Of a stretch of DNA of 20,000 nt, positions 1 to 9,400 are shown piece by piece. The stretch is from the IMG/VR virus record IMGVR_UViG_3300011977_000424; one strand, given 5' to 3'. This DNA comes from an uncultured virus (IMG/VR IMGVR_UViG_3300011977_000424) (taxonomy: Duplodnaviria > Heunggongvirae > Uroviricota > Caudoviricetes). The position numbers were made by a program, and so were the translations under genes. The notes below the pieces were generated by a model. That model ran no database searches. It had not been told where the DNA came from and saw only the letters and a program-made list of their open reading frames with translations. Numbering within the stretch: the stretch's first letter is position 1; every line of letters begins with the position of its first letter.

Positions 1-480
1 TCCGATCTTATTCAGGAAGCGGATAAGGTAGTGCTTAACCTTTCTCCACAAACTAAATTCCTCGGGTGTAGCCGGGCCTTCTTCGGCAATGTCGGAAAAT
101 ACTTCCTGTGCGGCCTCGCTGTATGGGTTGTTGTCGGTGAGGTCTACACCTCCTAACTCCTCTGCCTTATCCAGTATGCGGTCGCGCAACTCCTTGCCGG
201 CACTCTCAAAGATGAAGGTGCCAAACTGCTTCACGGCATCGTCGCTACCTAACAGTGCGCGCAATCCCTCGTGGCCTAACTTCTCATGGAACACGGTGCG
301 CTTTACATCGTCTACTCCCTGCATAGCCGGTGTATAGACATGCACACTGCCGTCCTTCCAGTCGTACCAACCTTTGGTACCGTCGCCTCCTTGGATCTCA
401 CGGCGTAAGCTCTCGTTGCTGATTGTGCTCATGTTGTCGAAGTGCACGGGCATGCCTCCCAACTGCTCGGCGGTTTCCTG
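1..480 (-). other. Zincin-like metallopeptidase domain (polyvalent MPTase type), possibly truncated by the window edge
   Basis: KGWYD...VHVY...DVKRTVFHEKLGHEGLRALLG (HExxxH at 271-288), then EAAQEVFSDIAE and SLWRKVK. Confidence 0.8.
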
Positions 481-3400
481 TGCGGCCTCAACCTGCAAGC
501 GGTACTGTTTATCGCCTTCCTGGTCGGTGAGCTTCGTCACCACAACGGCGCGTGCGCCTTTGAGCTCGGGAATAACCTTGCCGGCGGCCTCAACGCTGAA
601 ACCGTTGCCTAAGCTCTCCTGCACCCAGTTCTCCAGTTCACTTTGTGTAAAGCCTTTCTGGTAGGCACGTATCTTGCCTTTCTTATCGGTAACAAGTATC
701 TCGCTCGGGCTGTCAAGCTCTATCTTCTGCTTCTGTTTCTCGATCTCCTTCGCGTCGCGCACATTGATGATAAGCTTACCACCTGTTTTCATGTGGCGTA
801 CCATGTCACTTAGTACGTTGGCTCTCCAGTCGTCGGGAATAACATTGAGCACGGCGTTGCTGATTACTACGTCGTAGTCCTTATCAATGGCGGCATAGTC
901 GGTGAAGGTGGGGGCGCCTGCCTCGCGGTGTTCGGCTGGGTATGGTTCCACATCATCTACGGTAAAGTTGAATCCGGCGCTCTGGCCGTTCTCACTCTGT
1001 CCGCGTAACGTCATGGTACCATAGCCTAAGCCACTGCTGGCATCAAGGACGGTGAGCGTCTTACCGGTGCGCTCCTGCTCGCGCTGCATCCAGTTGCCTA
1101 TCTTGATATAGGTTTTCTCGGTGCTGCGTATCTGCGTGGAGTGCTGGCCGGTGCTCGTCTCTTGATCCTCAATCCAACGCTGGCCAAACTCATCAAACAG
1201 TGCGGTGCTACTGCGTTTGCTGATGTCGTTTGTACTATTTTTGTTACCCTCGTCGCCTTCGGGCTTCTTATCCTTGTTGTCGGCTGTGAGTTTCTTATAT
1301 TCAGCGTCGATTTTCTTCTTTTGCTCCAGGGCCTCGGCAAGCTCGGCTTCACGTGGGAAATTAGGTTCTCCGGGGTCGCCTCCCTCCAACTTATGTTTGT
1401 ATTCATCAATGGCCTGCTGATAAGCTTTGCCATTGTTGATTACTTTCTCCAACATGCGGCGGTAGGTCATACCGGCGGCGGTGTCGTCGTCGCTGAGCAC
1501 ACCTTCGTACTTAATCTTTGATGGGGCACGGAGAATCACTTTGCGGACTGGCTGAGTGCTGATTTTGAGATCAGTAGTAGGCGTGCCTACCTCAGCATCT
1601 ATGCCAAATCCGGACAGTTTCACCATTTCACCCTTCTTCAGCAAAGAATGAATATACTTGCCTGCCTCTCCGGCCTTGGTGAACTTCTGGCCCTCGGGGT
1701 GCTTATCAGAAGTGACGGTGACAGTAGAAGGATATTTACCTTCTTTGTCTGGCTTGAAGCCTGCGTCGGTGATAATCTCCTGGTCCCTGGCGTTGCCTCG
1801 TTTCAATGCCTCGAAGTTGGAAAGTGAGCGCTTATCACGGTAGAACTGATTAACTCGCTGCTCATGCTCTACCATGTATTGGCGCTTCGCCTTAATCAAC
1901 TTGTCCACCTTCTTATCCATCTTGGACTTGTCAAGGATGATTGGATTGCCGGACAGAAGGGCGACAACGCTTGCTGGGTCGAAATCGCTATCATCACCGG
2001 CGGCTCCTTCGTCAAAGCTTCGTGCCTCGCTTCCATTGCTGGCGCTTACCTTAAAGGCGTCGATCATCCTCTGTTTGGTAGACACAAGCTGATATTTATA
2101 GAGATCCAAACTTTGCTCGGTAGCATAGTAGAACACTTCTACTTTGTCATCGTTCTTGTCTCTTGCAAGCCAGTTGCCCTGACGGGCGCCACGGCCATTC
2201 TCCTGTGTCACGTTGGCTGGGTTCCAACTCATATCTACATGGTGGATAGCAACCATGCGCTGTTGAATATTCAGTCCTGTACCGGCGTTCTTAGCACCTC
2301 CAATGAGAATACGAACGGTACCGTCGTTCATCTTCTTACAAAGCTCAGCGCGTTTCTTGTCTGTATTAGCCTTGTGAATATCGAAAATCTCTTCCTTGGG
2401 GATTCCGTAATCAGTGGAGAGACGATTGATGAAGTCTGTGTATACGTCATATTCCTTCTTACCGTCGGGCACACCAAGGTCACAGAAAATAACTTGTGTG
2501 CCTTTGTCAGCACTGAATTTGTCGTATATTTTCTTTACGTTGTCACACACGTAGGTAATCTTACCTCCGTCGCCGTCGTCCATATCGGGCTTCACCAACT
2601 TAACGTTGATGGCTGCCTTAGTACTGATATTGGTTGCCAACAATGCCCACGGTTGATCCTGTCCACTCGCTGTTTTGTCGGGGATACCAAAATATCCTCC
2701 ATGATGGTTCCTGACCATGTTCAACACTTCACGGGTAATCTCTTTAAGTGAATCACTGGCTGGTACCGTGACGACGTGGACATTCATCTTCGGCTTGGGC
2801 AACTGTAAGTTGAGGTCGTTGCGCACATCGGCTACCTCTGTATAGAGCTTCGCAAGCTCTGCCAGGTTTTCAAAGTTCCTAAACCGTGCCTTGTCTACCA
2901 ATTCGCCTTTGTAGTCGAACTCGCCTTCGGTAGAACACTCTGCAAAGTTGGCGGCCCAGGCATCAAAGGTATTGAAGCCAAGCTCCTTCATCTTGTTGGG
3001 GCGTATATACTGGAACAGACTGTACAACTCCACAAGTGAGTTACTGATGGTGGTACCTGAAGCAAGTATCAATCCTTGGTCGCCTTGGTGAAGCTGCTGC
3101 AGATAGCGTGCTCCACAAAGCAAGGCCATAGAGCGTGCACTTCCTTCGGGGTTGCTAAGTCCGGCGATCCTGTTATGGGTTGTGACGTATGCAAGGTTCT
3201 TGAATTGCTGGCACTCGTCCACAAACAGATAGTCCACGCCTAAGTCCTCAAAGGTAAACTCGCGGTCTACCTTCCTATCTAATAGACGCTGGACCTTTAC
3301 CTTTAGTCGTTCTCTTCGCTTCTCCAGTGCCTTCTGTTGGCGCTTGGTGAGTTGAGAGTTGCCGGACGCCTGCTTTAGTATTTCTATCGCTGCTTCAAGC

Positions 3401-6400
3401 TGGTCGATCTGTTCTTGCAAAATACCGGTCTCTATTTCTTCCTTGTGGGGCAACATACCATATTGCTCATGGCTCAGGATAACGCAATCCCAGTCGTTCA
3501 CGGCAATGCGTGAAAGCATCTGCTTGCGGTTCTCCTTCTTGAAGTCGTTGTCCATAGGAGCAAGCACACGCGCAGTAGGGAAGGCTTCGTGAAACTCCTT
3601 CACCATCTGTGGCACGGTAGCCTTCAATGCAATAATCATTGGCTTTTTGGCAATGCCCATACGGCGCATTTCCATAATAGCACTGTGCATAACCAACGTC
3701 TTGCCGGCGCCGACAATATGATCAATAATGCCTCCGCGATTGTTAATGAGCATCCAAACGGCATCCTTCTGATGAGGGCGCAAGGTCTTACCCTGCAAGC
3801 CTGGTATCTGGAGGTGGCTTCCGTCAAACTTCGGAATAACGGTAGTATTAAACTTCTCGTTATAAATCTTGGTTAGGCGGTCGGAAATATCGTGGTGCGC
3901 ACTGATAAAGTCCTCGAATTTCTCGCGGATCTGGTCTATCTTATCGTTGGCACTGTTGGTCTCGTCCTCGTCGGTATATTCGTGGCCGTCTCTGTCTTTA
4001 AGTCTGACAGTTACCTTATTGTTCGTTAATGCGGCCTCTATGAGTTTTTGATTATTGCAGTGCTCGGTCTTCCACTCGTTGGCTTTGCCGGATGTCTCAT
4101 AGCCTTCAATATAGACGTTAAACACGTCGGCTTCTGGACTATAAACAATACCGGTGTTGGCATTATAGCGGTCTACGCCTAACAGGTCTTGAATGAAGGC
4201 GGTATAGATGTCGTCGGGTACCCAACGGGCTCCCATGTGGATGGCAATACCAATAAATGGGATGTCGGCTGGCTGCACGGCTTTCAGAGCCTCAACATTC
4301 CTGTCAAAGCGGTGATCCATCTTCGCGGCGGCCTCAGCTTCTTTCAGCTTGGCTTTAACATTGCCACTAAGATATAAGTCGCGCATTTGGTAGCCTCCAC
4401 CGGGTTCCTCAAACACAACGCCGTCTACCTTGTCTATCCAGTCCGGGCCTAACTTAGATTCCATGTACTCGGGGCGTATCTCTCCATACTCGGCGAGTGA
4501 CAACGTAATCATTTCAGAAGGCGTGCTGGCGCTGTCAAGGTCAATCTTGCTCTTGATGGTACTCTTCTCGAAGATGTCGCTAAGGCCGGCAAACTTGCCG
4601 TCGTTCATCTTCTCCAGGGATAGGATGCTATAACCGTCGATGTCCTTCTTGATAAAGTCGTTCTTCTTATCATTCAGACGGCCATAGTGGGCTACAAAGT
4701 TGTTGTAGGCCTGTTTGAGCTTGGCACGCAACAGTTTCACCTGTGCTTCTTCTGCTCCTCCTATCTCCTCGGCAATGAGCTGCTTCATGGCGGTGCGCAC
4801 GGGGATCATCAGGCGTATCTTGGCGGCCTGGCTCGCAAGTTTAGGATCGGCAAGGAACTGGAAGGTTCCTGATTTGTCGCCTTTGGGCTTGGATAGGTAG
4901 CCAAACTTGCCGTTCTGCTCCACAATGTTACCGTCGCCTTGGTAGTCACCATTGCCTACATACTCTTCGCGCACTGCGTCGTAAACCTGACGTGAGCTCT
5001 TGGTGGTATCGTAAAGCTTACCCTTGCGGCTGGCTGGTACCACGTATTTGTCGATGAGGTCTGTGAGCTTCTGGGCTATCTCGGCGGTGCTCAGGTCTGA
5101 GGTGAGGCCGTAAGCGTCGCCTCTGTACTGGTTACCAAGTTTGATGTTGCCGATAACCATTTCAGGATGCTTTCCGTAATAGCCATTGTAGTGCACAACG
5201 GCGCTTTCCCACTTCTGCTGTATCTCTTCTTCATAGTCGCTCAGGAATGGAGTTTCTATGTCAGATAGGTACTGCTCGGTGCGTGTGGCTGTCTTATCCT
5301 CTCCGTCTTTATACTTGCGGAAGAAGATAATATCAGTAACAGGATTGGTACCGGCTCCTTTGAAGGCGTTATCCGGCAAACGCACGGCTCCAAGTATCTC
5401 ACAGTTGTCTGCGATATACTTGCGCACAAGCTGGTTGCCCTTCGTGTCCATGATGGCATTGCTGGTCATTATATAACCAATGCCTCCGGGCTTCAAAAGG
5501 CTGATGTTCTTAACCGTGAAATAGTTGTGGATGCGGCTCTGAGCAAACTTCTTGACGGGTTCACTGGTGCCCTTCCATGACGGATCGTTGACGGCAATAT
5601 CGCCAAATGGGATATTACTGCCTACTACGCTCATACTATTGTCAGGGAATCCGGCATCCTGGAAACCGATAATCCTAATGTTGGCATCGGGATAGAGCAA
5701 CTTCACAATATTACCGGTGAGCCAATCAAGTTCGGTACCGTAGATCTGGGTACGCTGCTGCATGCTCTTAGGCATGGTTCCTTCAAGCACACCACTACCG
5801 ATACTGCCGTCAAGGAAACTGCCTCCTCCCTTGTAGCCTGCACGGTCAAGGAAGTGGTTAATGCCTCGGGCTACATCAACAGGGGTGTAATAGCTCGTCA
5901 GGGCGGCATGTTGGATGTCGTCAAGTAGTTTGTGCTCGTTGTGAGGGTCTATTTCCTCGAGTATGTCGGCAAGCTTAGCTACATCTGCTGATCCACGACG
6001 GCGCATGTAGTCGTAATCATACCACATACTGCCGTCGGTGCCTCCCCATCCTCTGAACTTGCCAAGCTCGGCACGCTCCTCGGGGGTGGCTGGTCTGCCC
6101 TGGCGCAAACAGTCTCTCAGTATCTCAAGGGCGCGTATGTTAGTGCGCAAGCGCTGGCCGGCGTTCATGTTGTCGATGTCGGTGGCATCGTCGGGATAGA
6201 GATAGTTGCGCGTGTTAAGCGGCTTCTCTTTCTCGCTTGCGGTCTTGGTACTGTGATCGTCCGGCCTTATATCGTCCTTTACTTCTGGCTTGGGCTTTGA
6301 GGCTGGTTTGCTTGCTGGCGTCTTGCTGCCAGTCGGCGCTGGCCGTCCTCCACGATCTGGTTTATCCAGTCCGCCATTGACGGGTCGCTGTCCTCCTCGT

Positions 6401-9400
6401 CCTCCGTCTGCATGTACTGTTCCTGCATCTGGGCTCTCAGTATCTCCGAAATCTGATCTGTCGAATAAGTCCCCTGAACTCGTAGGTCGTGTTCCTGGTC
6501 GTCGTACGCTTCCTGAGTGTCCTCCAGGCTTGCTTCCAGTTGTCCCTGCTGAAGAAGCTGCTCCAGTTCCTCCGGCCTGAACTCCTGCATCAGATCCAGT
6601 CTTTGCTGTGCCCAATACTCCCGGCTTTGGATTAGCTGGTTTCTCAGCTCCTCCACCTGTTGCTGTTGTTTCTTGTCCATGGTTATCTGTCTTTACTTCA
6701 TGTTCTGTTGGCAAAGATACGGAATTTTCCGGCTTCTTGGTCTCAGGAAGGGTAATATCTTCCCAATCGGCCACTTCATACATCACTGGAGCCAGGCCGG
6801 TATCAAGCACGGGCTGGCCGGTTGTCTCAAAGTCGGTAACGGTGGCCGGCTCGCCTTTGTATATCACCTTATCACCGATATTCAGTTTCGGGTGCTCGGC
6901 ATGGGCGGCGTTCTCACGTGCAAGTAGCTCCTCGGCGGCATCTATCTGGCCCTTCACCTTTTCAAGCTCTATTTCAAAATGACGGTGCTTGTTCAGTGTA
7001 TGGCTGCCATTCATGCTGTTTGTTAGCTGGTCTCTGAGATCTCTTAATCTCGTCAGCTCTTGTTTGAGAACATCGGCGGTATCAGTAGCATGGTCAGATG
7101 CATATCTAACTGCGGCTTTGGCGTTCACATCCTTCAAGGCGCTAAAGAACTTTGATGAGCTCAGTGTGAGAAGGTTCTTCTCGCTTAGATAATCTTCATC
7201 GGTAGGCTTTAATGGGCTGGCGGCTTCATCTTGCTTGGCTGCCTTCCTCTTCTCGTAGTCGGCAATAAGCTTGTTAGCCTCATCAACGGCTTTCTTTACA
7301 AGCTGGGTAAACTTCTCATCACCTACGGCGCTCTGTGCCTCAGCTATCCAACGTTTCAGATAGTCGCGCTGTTCATCGTTCTGCATGGGTTGTTTCCCAC
7401 TGCGGATGGCATCAACCATATCACGCACAATGAAGTTGCGCATGAGCTCGAAATCTTCAATACGTTTGAGCACATGTTTGCTGCCTTGTGTCAATGCAAG
7501 GTCTATCTTGGCCTGCTCAAGTATCTTGTTGATGCGTGCAAGGTCGGGGCGTCCGCACTCGTTCCATACGAAATAGAACTTATCGCGCTCGGGGTCACCC
7601 TTCATTCCTCTCAATACGGCATATTCGTAGGTAGGCTCGTCGATATAGTGAAGATGGTCGCCGGCATCGCTAAGGATCTCATAACCTTTCTTTCCGTCGT
7701 GTGACTTCTGCATCTTCACTTGGTTCTTACCCTCGCGTGCCCACTGGTCGATGTATTCAGCAACAGTCTTATAACCTTCTCCCCAGTCCTGCTTCTCATT
7801 CAGGAGCATCTTAGCCATTTCGCGCTTGCGTGGGGTAAGGGTATTAAGATACTGCTCCACTGCATCGGCGGTGCGGTTATCATTGCCTCCTTCCTGTGGT
7901 GCTGGATCCTCGGCGGCTGGTTGCACGGTGTCGGTAGTCTTAATGCCTAACTGCTCGTCGGCTTTCGGGTTCTGGGGCTCTATCATGTCAAACAAGGATG
8001 GCTCCTGAACTGTTGCCTTCTTTGATTTGGCTGCCTTGGTGGGCTTAGACTTTGGCGCTGGTGTCTCGGGAACTTCATAGCCAGTACTCCTCGCTAAACG
8101 CTTCATATCCTCTAAGAAGGTGGAAAGCGGTGTATCAACGGCTGTGAAATGGTTACTCTCGCTTCGTCCTTCTCCCTGCAGGCGGTACATGATACGGCCT
8201 AACACAAGGTCGTCAAAGTCGTTGCGGTCAAGATTCAAATTGATGTAGATATACTTGCCGGTGCCCGGAAGGTCTATCTTCATATAGATGTCACCTCCTA
8301 TCGGGGCAAGGTTAGCATTGGCAAGGTTGCGTTTGTTGGTCTTTTGGCCAAGGGCGGCATAAATCTCCTTTGCCAATCGGTTGGCGTCCTTCAACGCTAA
8401 CTTTTCTGCCGACTTCATATAACCATAACTCTCATGCTCGGGGCTATTGGGGTCATGCTTGTAGAAGCCTAACAGGGCAAGTTGCTCATCTACCTTCTCT
8501 AACTGCTCATCAATCTTCTTCTGGGCGTCGTTTACTTCATCCTCAGTTGTTGCTGTTTCTGCAACACTTTCTGCTTGGCTTGCAATAGCCTCTGCTTGGC
8601 TTGCAATAGCCTCTGTATTTGCTGGTTCGTTTCCTGTTTCATCGTTATTCTGTTTACCTAATACTGATTCTGCAAACTTCTTGGCATCGGCCTCTCCGGA
8701 TTCAAAAACAAATCCTGCCTTGCCAAAGCTGGAGTAATAGCCTCCAAAACTCTTTACCTGTTTCTTAAGATCAAGGAACTTGTCTCTGTCGAAACGCTCG
8801 GTGAAGTTCACTACCCAAATATCAATGCCTTTCTTCTTGTGCCAACGCTGAGTGATGGAGTAGCCGGGGTTATCCTCGGCCTTGTCTATCATTTCTCCTC
8901 CGTCGGTACTGCCAATGGTGGGTGACGGGATGGGCTCGGGTGCCTGCGCCTCCACGGTGGGGGCTTCGGGCTCTTCTGGCTTGTTCGCTGCCTTGCCACT
9001 GTTCTCAGGCTTTGAAGCCTGAGCTACTTCATTGCGGCGGTTCACCTCTGCCAACAGACTGTCTGCATCCGTAACCTTGATTGGCTCGGCGGCTGTTTTC
9101 TCCTCCTTGGTTGGATCAAACTTCTCAACGTCGAAGTTGTCTACCTCGTCGTGGCTCGACATTTCCTTGCGATACTCCTTCATATCGTCCATCTGTCGTG
9201 CTGCATCGTAGAAAGCTTTGAGATATGGGCGTATCTTATCGCCACAGTCCTCAATCATTCTGCGTGCATACTCGGCAAACTTCCTTGCGCCGGCCTCAAT
9301 ATGGTACATGGCCATCTGACTACCAATCATGAACAGTTCAGGATCAATACCTGAGTTGAGGTTGTTCAACTTATCGCGCATGCGCTTCTTCAACTGCTCA

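Noticed and set aside
1216..1243. Plus-strand TTTG-N16-TATTTTTG at the helicase/second-MTase boundary
   Set aside because: Spacer is too short and only a 3-bp GCC-TTCG-GGC hairpin follows; at most a vestigial promoter.
1864..2751. 295-aa plus-strand ORF and the many other plus-strand ORFs between 89 and 19229
   Set aside because: Antisense shadows of the real minus-strand genes; the longest are in codon register with them, and none has recognisable motifs.
2964..3256. Isolated TAnnTTTG matches (minus strand ~2964, ~3249, ~11076, ~17367; plus strand 7461)
   Set aside because: Several are expected by chance in 20 kb; they lie in coding sequence with no convincing -33 box or downstream feature.
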